A stretch of 64,000 bases of DNA. Source: Microgenomates bacterium OLB22 (GTDB lineage: Bacteria > Patescibacteriota > Microgenomatia > UBA1406 > HO2-37-13b). The stretch is taken from positions 132,484 to 196,483 of the forward strand of contig LLEV01000005.1 of the NCBI GenBank assembly GCA_001567515.1. The letters are read 5' to 3'. The notes beneath the pieces are model-generated. The model was not told where the DNA came from, did no database searches, and saw only the letters and a list, made by a program, of their open reading frames with translations. How positions within the stretch are numbered: position 1 is the stretch's first letter; each line of letters opens with the position of its first letter. The translations under genes and the position numbers were made by a program. This document shows, one piece after another, positions 48,001 through 56,499 of the stretch.

Positions 48001-48120
48001 TTAAAAGTTCCACCAGAGCCATGCATGTACCCGTGGATGGGCCTTAAGAGTCAGTCTCTTCGGGTACCAATACCGCAGAGCCTGACGAGGAGTACGGAGC
48101 GGTCTCTTTCTTGCGATCAC
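48001..48120 (-). CDS. 39-aa highly basic, Trp-rich peptide (not in the ORF track)
   Basis: GTG 48118..48120 lies 6 nt after a perfect AGGAGG (48127..48132). It reads VIARKRPLRTPRQALRYWYPKRLTLKAHPRVHAWLWWNF*. Confidence 0.4.
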   Translation of the reverse strand: MIARKRPLRTPRQALRYWYPKRLTLKAHPRVHAWLWWNF

Positions 48121-48152
48121 TTGCTTCCTCCTAGTTGGCAGACCTTGCCACG

Positions 48153-48181
48153 ATTATACCAATTTTACTCAGAATACTCAA
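48153..48181 (-). promoter_or_regulatory. strong promoter TTGAGT-17-(TGg)TATAAT
   Basis: Minus strand: -10 = plus 48153..48158; extended TG; -35 = plus 48176..48181. Confidence 0.6.
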
Positions 48182-48394
48182 GCTATAGGACATATATTAC
48201 AGTAAAGTACCCGCCTCGCCAAATCTAATAGTAACCGCGTGGCTAAACAAGCAGGACCTCGAAACATTGTGCTATTGCCACATAACTAACTCATTGACCG
48301 GCAAGATTGTGTCAGAAAAACCTGAGCCTTTGAGAAAGTCTATATGGTTGATCTGGCATAGCAACCGCACTTCTTATACAATGGTTGCAACGCC

Positions 48395-49525
48395 ATGAAA
48401 ACGCAACTTCTCGTCATCGGAGCTGGAGCGACAGGGATGGGGATCGCCCGTGACGCTGCCTTGAGAGGTATAAAGACTATCGTGGTAGACAAAGGAGCCA
48501 TCGGCTCAGGCACCAGCGGATACTTTCATGGACTACTTCACAGTGGGGCCCGCTACGTCACCAATGATGCAGATGCTGCTAGAGAGTGTATAGAGGAAAA
48601 TATAATCCTGAAGAGGATTGCTCCATCTGCCATCCATGAAACCGGAGGACTCTTCCTCGCTATCACAGAGGAGGACTGTAACTTTGCCCCTCTCTTTTAC
48701 CTCGCCTGTAAGGCAGTGGGGATACCAGCCGAAGAACTCTCGCCGGATATGGTTTTGGCAAAAGAGCCGCTGGTAAACCCTACACTCAAGAGAGTTTTCT
48801 CCGTCCCTGATGGCTATATAAATGGGAAAAAGATGCTCGAGCTCAATAAGCTCTCAGCCGAGAAAACGCAAACTCCAGCGACATTTCTAGAGCATCATGA
48901 AGTCGTGAAATTTCTCAAAAAAGATAGCCGAATAGAGGCAGTAGTAGTAAAGGACGAGAGTGGCGAGAAGACTATAGAGTGTGATATGGTCATCAATGCT
49001 TCTGGTATCTGGGCCAGCCAGATCGGAGCTCTGGCGGGAGCCGATATACAGATGACGGCAGACAAAGGGGCGATGCTCGTGACGGAGGAAAAGCTGAGCA
49101 CGGCTGTGCTAAATAGGTGCCGACCTCCCTCAGATGGAGACATCCTCGTACCTACTGCCAACCATAGCATCATGGGTACTACTTCAGTAAAGACTGATGA
49201 TATCAATACCCATGTCGTCGAACAATGGGAGATAGATAGGCTTATAAAAGAAGGCTCTGTCATGGTGCCTTCGATGGCGACTACAGTGATCAGCACCACA
49301 TACTCTGGCGTCCGCACACTTGTAGGGAGTACTGCTTCAACAGCACGAGGGGTGAGTAGATCATTCAAACTCATAGACCATAAGGAGGAAGGCATGGACA
49401 ACCTGATCAGTATGATCGGAGGCAAATTTACCATCTATCGCAAGATGGCCGAGGTAGCAGTCGATGCAGTGTGCGAAAAGCTAAAAATAGAATCCCCATG
49501 TGCTACAGCTAACAAAGTTATGTAA
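48395..49525 (+). CDS. FAD-dependent oxidoreductase, glycerol-3-phosphate dehydrogenase (GlpA/GlpD)-like
   Basis: 376 aa. N-terminal dinucleotide fold VIGAGATGMGIARDAALRG. FHGLLHSGARY. Confidence 0.7.
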   Translation: MKTQLLVIGAGATGMGIARDAALRGIKTIVVDKGAIGSGTSGYFHGLLHSGARYVTNDADAARECIEENIILKRIAPSAIHETGGLFLAITEEDCNFAPLFYLACKAVGIPAEELSPDMVLAKEPLVNPTLKRVFSVPDGYINGKKMLELNKLSAEKTQTPATFLEHHEVVKFLKKDSRIEAVVVKDESGEKTIECDMVINASGIWASQIGALAGADIQMTADKGAMLVTEEKLSTAVLNRCRPPSDGDILVPTANHSIMGTTSVKTDDINTHVVEQWEIDRLIKEGSVMVPSMATTVISTTYSGVRTLVGSTASTARGVSRSFKLIDHKEEGMDNLISMIGGKFTIYRKMAEVAVDAVCEKLKIESPCATANKVM

Positions 49526-49577
49526 TATCCTATAATTGTAGTATAATCAACTGAGAGCCTTTCAGTAGGAGTAGCCC

Positions 49578-49865
49578 ATGGATATTGAGGTTATCAGAGG
49601 TCTGGCAGGGACTGTCATCATAATTAGCGTTATTCTCTCTACTTATCTGAATTGTCAGGTCAATAAAGGTAAACTGGTGTTTACAAGGGAGATCAAGCAT
49701 GCTCAGATCGGACTCTGGTCACTTAACTTTGTTCTTGATCTTTTAGGTCCGTGGCACGTATTGCATATTGCAGCAACAATAGCAGCCTGCCTAGGTATAG
49801 TTCTTTTTTCATACATGCCCGTGGAGGAAACATCAAGTTCCTCTAGTTCACACAGCCACCAGTGA
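49578..49865 (+). CDS. small membrane protein (95 aa)
   Basis: ORF track. The terminator AGCCACC-loop-GGTGGCT + T6 at 49854..49881 overlaps the stop. Confidence 0.5.
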   Translation: MDIEVIRGLAGTVIIISVILSTYLNCQVNKGKLVFTREIKHAQIGLWSLNFVLDLLGPWHVLHIAATIAACLGIVLFSYMPVEETSSSSSSHSHQ

Positions 49866-50080
49866 TAATGGTGGCTTTTTTGAAGCCCTGCCTTTGGCAA
49901 GACTGAAATCCTTACCGAAGTCCTGATTCTTGAGTATGTCGAAGGATCGAAGGACGAAGTGGGATCTTGACACCCCACTCCTACTATGTGTACTCAGCAC
50001 ACCTCCCTGGTGAGGAAAGAAACTGCTGACATAATACCAACCCCCGGGGTTGATTTAAGTAAAAACCTCGGCATACACAT

Positions 50081-50105
50081 AAAAAAATCCCCGACGTGGC
50101 GGGGA
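50081..50105 (-). terminator. intrinsic terminator
   Basis: Minus strand: TCCCCG...CGGGGA hairpin followed by T7. Confidence 0.7.
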
Positions 50106-50154
50106 TGTATCCCATCTTTAGAACTCAGTATCGCCCGATCTCCAGGGCTCTGGA

Positions 50155-50700
50155 TCATAGCGCTTTGGAGTGGGTCGGAAAGTCTTCACTACAAGTACAT
50201 CCAATGGGAGAGTTTCGAAAAAAAACCATCCCTTCAACTATCCGAGACTCAACCCAATAATTGGGGCCATAATCCCTAAACTTTGGATCATATGTGAGTT
50301 TTACCTTCACCCCCGTTGCATTGGCAAGAGCCTTACACAGGACATCAATATTTATGTCACTTATTCCGTGCCTATCAGGTACCGCAAGGAGCAGAAAGTC
50401 TGGGGTCTCGATCGGGATCCCAATAAGGACAAGACTCTTTACGTACCCTGTGAACAAAGATCTATACTGAAGTCTTACTCGAAATGCTTCCTCGATTACA
50501 TCATACTCCCCCAGCTTCATAGTCCTAGCCAGATCACCTAATATGTCTGTTATGACCGCCTGTGCGGCAGCAAACGTATCTCTGGCAGACTTAGTTTTGG
50601 CCATGTAGGCATTAGTACTTTTTCTAGCATCTTGCTGCATAGCCCTGCGGCGTACTTCTTCAACCTCCCGTTGAGTCAGAAACCCATACTTGCTTGACAT
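50155..50700 (-). CDS. orphan protein (181 aa), paralogue of 53114..53620
   Basis: ORF track. TGcTATAAT at 50747..50755. SD AACAGGAG. N-terminus MSSKYGFLTQREVEEVRRRA. Confidence 0.6.
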   Translation of the reverse strand: MSSKYGFLTQREVEEVRRRAMQQDARKSTNAYMAKTKSARDTFAAAQAVITDILGDLARTMKLGEYDVIEEAFRVRLQYRSLFTGYVKSLVLIGIPIETPDFLLLAVPDRHGISDINIDVLCKALANATGVKVKLTYDPKFRDYGPNYWVESRIVEGMVFFRNSPIGCTCSEDFPTHSKAL

Positions 50701-50778
50701 CTTTTTCTCCTGTTTAATACTGGCTTGTGCACGGAAACGTGCAGGTATTATAGCAGAACCTATAGAGATAGTGTAGGT

Positions 50779-51078
50779 CTAGCGAAGTACACCTGAGGCA
50801 ACTAGACCAAGTATGACTAGGGTGATAGTAGCAAATGCACCAATTGACTGCCCAAAAAGTGTTACAGCATCCTTTTTATTACCCTCGAGATAGAGAAGTA
50901 CTGGCTGCAGGAAAAAAACATAGCCCATGACTAAGGCCGAAAGAGTCAATAGAGATAACACGAAAATTGGTATGAGTATAGTATCCTCTACACCATCCAT
51001 GATATAAAACATCACATTAGCTACGATGATGATATAGGCGGTGGCACTTAAGGCATTAATGATCGGATTTTTGGTCAT
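50779..51078 (-). CDS. small 3-TM membrane protein
   Basis: 99-aa hydrophobic ORF. Confidence 0.5.
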   Translation of the reverse strand: MTKNPIINALSATAYIIIVANVMFYIMDGVEDTILIPIFVLSLLTLSALVMGYVFFLQPVLLYLEGNKKDAVTLFGQSIGAFATITLVILGLVASGVLR

Positions 51079-51112
51079 ACCCTATTATTTCACTCTTCTT
51101 GTGATTTGCAAG

Positions 51113-51532
51113 CTATAGGAGAGTCTTTTTGGAATGGTCATAAGATCGTTTGATAATCTGCTCTAGTACCTCTAGGTCCACATCAGAGAGTCGCTTGATA
51201 TGAAGACAACTCCCACTGACCTTGTATTTACCGAGTTTTTCGAAAAGATCTTTACTGTCCTCATTGCCCATCATGCTGTAGAGTGTCAAGTTCTGCACAC
51301 GAGGGGCAAAAGCAGCCAATGGCCAGTCACCCTCTTGCCTACTCCTCTCTGACTTGTAGTGATACATCCCAAAGCCGACTATACTAGTACCCCACATGAC
51401 CGCATCCTGCCCTGTCACCTTCTCAAAAAGCTTTATTAACGTGAGGCAATCCTGACGCTTTTCCTCCGGTTCTATGGTTTTGAGATACTCGTAGGGATCT
51501 TGTGTAGTACGTTTAGTTTTGAGCTCAGCCAT
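51113..51532 (-). CDS. DUF1801 (YdhG-like) domain protein
   Basis: ORF 51113..51556 (TTG). ATG at 51532. The sequence resembles the DUF1801 family. Confidence 0.55.
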   Translation of the reverse strand: MAELKTKRTTQDPYEYLKTIEPEEKRQDCLTLIKLFEKVTGQDAVMWGTSIVGFGMYHYKSERSRQEGDWPLAAFAPRVQNLTLYSMMGNEDSKDLFEKLGKYKVSGSCLHIKRLSDVDLEVLEQIIKRSYDHSKKTLL

Positions 51533-51545
51533 ACGAGATATTGTA

Positions 51546-52502
51546 CTATCTATCAAGTCTATTGTGTACGGGATCAGTCTCTTTAGCTTTGGCTATCAAC
51601 TGTGAGGAGGACTGTATCTTATCACCAAGACCATCTATGATCTTGATACCAAGCTCCTGACATACAGAAGACTCAGGGATCTCATATGAATACCGATCAC
51701 CTCCTTTTGCGAATACATCAGGCTTTATCAGTCGCAACGTCTCACACTGAGTGGAGTCTTTGTCTATGCTGATGACAACTTCGTCCACCCACTTGATTGC
51801 TCGAATTAGCCTCACCTTTTCCTCAGCTGGCATAAAAACCATTCCTTTTTTCATAAAAGTCTGTGTATCATTGTTCACGGCAACAATCAGCTTGTCACCT
51901 AGCGCCCTCGCCCTTTCAAATAGTTCAATATGTCCAATATGAAGAGGGTCAAAGTAACCACTGGTGAAGATGATAATTGGCCTGGAGTCAGACACAGGAT
52001 CCTTCAGTAGATATTGGAGGAGCACATTTCTCACCGCTTCATAGATAAGAGGCTTACGACCTCTGACGAGCTCTCTAATGTATGCTGTCGCAGGATCAAC
52101 ACTATCTTGCATGTAATGGCAAACATACTCTCCGAGAGGCTTGTCTTGCTTGAGGATATCTTGGTGATAGAGTGGGAGTAAAAATCTGCTAGAGGAACAG
52201 GTCCACTTAGATTTATCATGATGGATAATAGTGGCAATGCAGAACATTTCATAGTCTCTGTTATCGCTTGGGTGATAACCAACCTCAATACCTATGGCGA
52301 TGTCTGCCCCAGGATGATGCTTTAGCGCTGCTTCTGCTCTATTTGCTGACCCACGCTCAGTTTCTTCATAGGTAAGTGGTTGATCAGATACATCGCTCGA
52401 TACCTCAGTCGGCAGTAGCTGTGCCTTGATCCCGATCTCATCTAGAACTTCGGCTAAATAGCCCAATTTCTGATCGGAGGTAGTCCCCACAGTAATTTTC
52501 AT
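51546..52502 (-). CDS. fusion of YjjX-like inosine/xanthosine triphosphatase (DUF84) and a TagD/RfaE-II-type nucleotidyltransferase
   Basis: N-terminal half: VGTTSDQKL...SDVSDQPLTYEETERGSANRA. C-terminal half: FTSGYFDPLHIGHIELFERA...LIVAVNND...KGGDRY. Confidence 0.65.
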   Translation of the reverse strand: MKITVGTTSDQKLGYLAEVLDEIGIKAQLLPTEVSSDVSDQPLTYEETERGSANRAEAALKHHPGADIAIGIEVGYHPSDNRDYEMFCIATIIHHDKSKWTCSSSRFLLPLYHQDILKQDKPLGEYVCHYMQDSVDPATAYIRELVRGRKPLIYEAVRNVLLQYLLKDPVSDSRPIIIFTSGYFDPLHIGHIELFERARALGDKLIVAVNNDTQTFMKKGMVFMPAEEKVRLIRAIKWVDEVVISIDKDSTQCETLRLIKPDVFAKGGDRYSYEIPESSVCQELGIKIIDGLGDKIQSSSQLIAKAKETDPVHNRLDR

Positions 52503-52535
52503 AGATGAAGTATAGCATCAAGACGTACTTGGCAC

Positions 52536-52569
52536 AAAAAAGCCTGGCTCGCACTTAGCTTAGCCAGGC
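52536..52569 (-). terminator. intrinsic terminator
   Basis: Minus strand: GCCTGGCT-loop-AGCCAGGC followed by T6. Confidence 0.75.
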
Positions 52570-52572
52570 AAA

Positions 52573-52920
52573 CTATCCCAACTTATTCTTCATTGGAAGA
52601 TCTTTTTCGCTCACATAATCAGTAGTTACGCATGGTATCTTAAAGTGGTAATAAGTCCTCCCATCGAAATCTACTACCTCAACTAGCCAACCTTCGGCTC
52701 GGTACACTTCCAAAATGTTCGCGACCCCCCCTACCGGCTGAAACCAAGGTGTACTATATCCAGCATTAGCAAGTCTCGATAGGATCTCACTTTTCGGAAC
52801 ATACGACGACCGGCCTTCCATATAGCCATGAATACATGCATTAAATGCTTCAAAATATTCGCCTGGTATCCGTGCCGCATAGGCCTTCAGGGCTGCTGTC
52901 GGACTAACTGGAAGAGACAT
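52573..52920 (-). CDS. orphan protein (115 aa)
   Basis: ORF 52573..52926. ATG at 52920 lies 5 nt after AGGAGG. Promoter TTGATA (52986..52991), 17-nt spacer, TATACT (52963..52968). Confidence 0.55.
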   Translation of the reverse strand: MSLPVSPTAALKAYAARIPGEYFEAFNACIHGYMEGRSSYVPKSEILSRLANAGYSTPWFQPVGGVANILEVYRAEGWLVEVVDFDGRTYYHFKIPCVTTDYVSEKDLPMKNKLG

Positions 52921-53113
52921 CACCACCTCCTCTTTTCAATTCAAAGACCAGTTCTAATTACAAGTATAACAATACGAAGTCGGAATATCAACTATGGGAT
53001 ATATGCCACAAAGCTATGTCCACTATCTCTTTGGAACATGCAGAGCTGCACAAAAAGACTGGGTTCAACCTTCTATGTATATCTTCATGCTCACTTAGTA
53101 TCTGGATCATCAA

Positions 53114-53620
53114 CTAGACTCTTCGCGGGAAAAAAGCCTTCAGAAACTGCTCTCCTGAGACGATGGGGATGTCATCAAATGGCCCCTGCGCTCGCTGATA
53201 GAAGGTTGTGCAAACTTGCATTTCACATTCATTTGCCAGTACCTGGGCTAGGCCTGAAAGATCCTCCTTATATATCTTTGCCCAATTGTAAGGAGTAAGG
53301 ACGTTCAGACATTCAGTCCTATCCAAGGGAACATGGACCCTGATCTCTACTCTCTGAGAGTTAGGCGTATTCGCGCGAGCTCGACCAACACATGTCAGGG
53401 AAAAGGGTTCAGTAAATACGACAACATCTATTACCTCGCGAGCCTGGAGAAAATCCATGAGTACCAAGTTTACTTTCGCGCAGACCCCAGAAAATGTTTT
53501 CTTGGCCCTTTCTCTAGCTGCAGTATCCAGGGCATCGAGCCTTTCTGCTTCAACCTTTTTGGCTTGCCTCTCGGCCTCCCTCTTTTCGTGTTCAGTCTCA
53601 AATCCGTATACACTAGTCAT
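53114..53620 (-). CDS. orphan protein (168 aa), paralogue of 50155..50700
   Basis: ORF track. TGaTATAAT at 53653..53661. SD AAAAGGAG. N-terminus MTSVYGFETEHEKREAERQA. Confidence 0.6.
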   Translation of the reverse strand: MTSVYGFETEHEKREAERQAKKVEAERLDALDTAARERAKKTFSGVCAKVNLVLMDFLQAREVIDVVVFTEPFSLTCVGRARANTPNSQRVEIRVHVPLDRTECLNVLTPYNWAKIYKEDLSGLAQVLANECEMQVCTTFYQRAQGPFDDIPIVSGEQFLKAFFPRRV

Positions 53621-53720
53621 TACATTTCTCCTTTTTTAGAAAGAACAACTGTATTATATCAAATCTGATTTTGGATAGGTATAACAGGGCCTTAGGTTAG
53701 GTCGTTAGGATGAATGCTGG

Positions 53721-54272
53721 TCAGATACGTGTCAGGAGAACGCCACTCTTGGAGACATCTGGCTGAGTACATGAGGCGCGATCAAAACAGCATGGTCGGC
53801 GACTTCCCCCTCTCATCTTCGAAAGCGCTACTTCGATCCGCTTTTTGCGTGTCTCTGGGTTATTGGTCGCTCTGATCCAACGGATCCAGTCCCATCGGGC
53901 TATCGTGGTGCTGGCCTTCCACACGGCATATTCAGGTGGGGCATGAGAAAGGGCAGCTTGTAGATCGTCGGGGATGCTGGGCTCCGGCCACTCACTGGAG
54001 GGGCGGATCTCAAGGCTGACTGAGTCACCTACAGTAGCATCTGTCATAGACTTTTCGACCCTAAGCCAATGGCCCTTCTTGCCATCAGGCTCCAGAGGAG
54101 ATTGGAAAGGTCGGCCATCGATAGTGCCCTCCACCATTACAAGTCCTCGTGATGGGAGCTGCAGACTCGCTTCGGTAGGTAGCTCAATGATGCTCCAATC
54201 ACCCACCTTTTCGATTGTTGCTTTAAATCGGATAGGCGGACTCTGTAACTTTGGTGTCTTCATGGTGACCAT
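53721..54272 (-). CDS. DUF1905 + YdeI/OmdA-type domain protein
   Basis: FKATIEKVGDWSIIELP...VEGTIDGRPFQSPLEPDGKGHW is DUF1905-like. The C-terminus WIRWIRATNNPETRKKRIE is YdeI-like. Confidence 0.65.
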   Translation of the reverse strand: MVTMKTPKLQSPPIRFKATIEKVGDWSIIELPTEASLQLPSRGLVMVEGTIDGRPFQSPLEPDGKKGHWLRVEKSMTDATVGDSVSLEIRPSSEWPEPSIPDDLQAALSHAPPEYAVWKASTTIARWDWIRWIRATNNPETRKKRIEVALSKMRGGSRRPCCFDRASCTQPDVSKSGVLLTRI

Positions 54273-54448
54273 TTTACCAAATGGGAAGTTTTGAACTATG
54301 ACCGCATTGAAATCGCGTTACTTTCATGATATACTATGAGCTATGTTGTGGTTGGAAGGGACTACCGAGTCCTAGTACTGCGACCACCAGCACTTTTGCA
54401 AAACACCACTAAAGGAGGGGTGCCATAACCACGACGAAGTCTGCGTCG

Positions 54449-55183
54449 GTGAAAACTCCATTTGACCGGCGGATCCTAGCGTTTACCGCCATCATGTTTG
54501 GCCTCGTGTTGGTCTCTAGACTACTACTGGGGCTGTTTGACCTTCCCACGAGCATCCATGGAACCGTGATGAATGTGCCTGTCGAGATCACTCTCACAAG
54601 CCTGCTCATGATGCTCGTGTTTTGGCTCGATAGTATGATCTATATCAGGAAGCATCACCTTGGCGTGGCGAACTATCTCTACGCCGGGACTTGTATCATC
54701 GTAGTCATAGTAGTAGTAGGATCCATCGTGCTGCACGAGTTTGGGCATGGCCTGGTGGCTACGCTGCTAGGACAAGACATTGATCATGCAGCGCTCACCT
54801 ATTGGGGAGCATACGTCGCTCACGATCAGTCCTTCTTGACCATGACCCCCTTTGTCCAGGGAGCCATCGCATTGGCAGGCCCGGCTACCAATGTTATCAT
54901 CGCGTTCATCGCGGTGATGATCGTCAAGATCTTTGGCGAGAGCCTATTTGAGAATTCGGCTCAGTACGTGGCGGTCATGAACATCCGTCTCGCTCGTCTT
55001 AACATGATCCCCATATTTGTACTGGATGGAGGGAAGGCACTAGACGCCCTACTGCGACTCGTGATTGATGATCGGACTACTCGTACCTATGCAGGGATTG
55101 CGATCCTCGTGGCCGTGGTGCATCTTTACCAAGAATGGAGGAAAGAACACCGACCCTACGAAGAGTCGCTTTCTCGGATGTGA
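54449..55183 (+). CDS. M50-family (site-2-protease-like) membrane metalloprotease
   Basis: GTG start per the ORF track. HEFGHGLVA lies in a TM segment. LNMIPIFVLDGG. The terminator AGCTGGCACGTGTCAGCT + T8 at 55192..55220 follows. Confidence 0.7.
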   Translation: MKTPFDRRILAFTAIMFGLVLVSRLLLGLFDLPTSIHGTVMNVPVEITLTSLLMMLVFWLDSMIYIRKHHLGVANYLYAGTCIIVVIVVVGSIVLHEFGHGLVATLLGQDIDHAALTYWGAYVAHDQSFLTMTPFVQGAIALAGPATNVIIAFIAVMIVKIFGESLFENSAQYVAVMNIRLARLNMIPIFVLDGGKALDALLRLVIDDRTTRTYAGIAILVAVVHLYQEWRKEHRPYEESLSRM

Positions 55184-55224
55184 TAAATACCCAAAAGCTG
55201 GCACGTGTCAGCTTTTTTTTGTAC

Positions 55225-55253
55225 TTGACTATGTGTATCAGTCTCACTATAGT
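55225..55253 (+). promoter_or_regulatory. promoter TTGACT-17-TATAGT placed 9 nt before the ATG (leaderless-type)
   Basis: TTGACT 55225..55230, TATAGT 55248..55253, ATG 55263. Confidence 0.55.
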
Positions 55254-55262
55254 CATGGGTAT

Positions 55263-55601
55263 ATGGATGAAGAGCCAGCAAAAGAAGGTACAAGTCAGTT
55301 TGTCCGCGTCGATATAGGTCTTGTCGAACCGACACCACACCATAACACCTATGGCTATTCTTTTACACCCTCTGAGTCATATCATGCTGATGTCTATTGG
55401 ACTGCTGTGAAGAACGTCTGTAGAAACCACGATATTGAACAGCCCTTCTGGCAATCAGGAATGCATGATAAAGATGGGTGGCAATACTTTGAATTCTTAG
55501 GATCACCAACCACTGACGAATTTGCCTCTACTCTCATCGGTATCATCGAAGAAATCCATACAGAGGCAGAGCGCCTTTCCGCTTACCATATGACAGACTG
55601 A
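55263..55601 (+). CDS. orphan acidic protein (112 aa)
   Basis: ORF 55065..55601. The upstream part overlaps the M50 gene and its terminator, so the start is taken at ATG 55263. Confidence 0.5.
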   Translation: MDEEPAKEGTSQFVRVDIGLVEPTPHHNTYGYSFTPSESYHADVYWTAVKNVCRNHDIEQPFWQSGMHDKDGWQYFEFLGSPTTDEFASTLIGIIEEIHTEAERLSAYHMTD

Positions 55602-55606
55602 ATAGG

Positions 55607-55945
55607 TTACATTCGTTTGAAATGTATGCCTAGCACTCCATATTTTACTTCTTCTTCCGCTGTATAGTACTTCCTCATGTCTTGTGCCATTTTGACCGGA
55701 CTATCCAAAGCAGGCCACCCAGCAGCCACACCTCCGAGGGAGGAGAATAATTCGACTAGAGTCGCAAATCTTGAGAGTCCTGTCACGACAACAGAGATAC
55801 TCTCATCCCCACAGCTGAACATAATCTGATCACCAATCTCTATGGCCTTTCTCTTCTGATCATAAAGACGTATTTCTACCGTTTTGATCCCCGCCTTTAT
55901 ATCCCTAAAGGGCCTATCATTAAGCTTCATCTGGTGAGTTTTCAT
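55607..55945 (-). CDS. ASCH (PUA-like) domain protein
   Basis: ORF 55607..56041 (TTG). ATG at 55945. MKLNDRPFRDIKAGIKTVEIRLYD is typical of ASCH. Confidence 0.65.
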   Translation of the reverse strand: MKTHQMKLNDRPFRDIKAGIKTVEIRLYDQKRKAIEIGDQIMFSCGDESISVVVTGLSRFATLVELFSSLGGVAAGWPALDSPVKMAQDMRKYYTAEEEVKYGVLGIHFKRM

Positions 55946-56127
55946 ATTACATAGTATAAAGTACCCTCCGCTTGGCTGTAGCTTTGCGAGGCGAGCCGAG
56001 GTTAAATGAGTAGGACCCTCATGGAATCCCACTTTTTTCAACTCAGATAACTTGGATACTAGACTTGAATACTATTTGGCAGCACATGCATGATGTGAAG
56101 TACTCCCAATGAGGGCAAGATCAAGGA

Positions 56128-56412
56128 TCATGCTTTTTTCCTCCACCGAGGGGCAAAGCCAGCCATATAGGCAAAAAGGTGGGCCTTTATTTTACTTTCA
56201 CCTCGAGCTACAATTGCCTTGATCATGGCACGTTTGAATTCCCTGACATCTGTGCCTTCATACATGAGTTTTCCATTGGTATAACAATATGAGCAATATT
56301 TGGCGTGCTCACGACCCGCTCCTTTTGGATCTTTCTTAAAGGGCATCAGGCAACTCTGGCAGTACCCGTGCAGCGTGTTTCCCATCATCCTATTGTACCC
56401 TATTGGACTCAT
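56128..56412 (-). CDS. zinc-ribbon domain protein
   Basis: CQSC...CSYC pairs in the N-terminal half. Confidence 0.55.
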   Translation of the reverse strand: MSPIGYNRMMGNTLHGYCQSCLMPFKKDPKGAGREHAKYCSYCYTNGKLMYEGTDVREFKRAMIKAIVARGESKIKAHLFAYMAGFAPRWRKKA

Positions 56413-56499
56413 GAACAGATGTCAGACTTAGACTATGCCCTGCTGACTAAGCCCTATGGGGTTTCAAGAAATCTGCCGGTGAGTATGAGTACCAGCTAA

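Noticed and set aside
54410-54427. Two-codon mini-ORF GTG-CCA-TAA right after the AGGAGG in the M50 leader (a start-stop element).
   Set aside because: The spacing between GGAGG and the GTG is only about 1 nt, too short for initiation.
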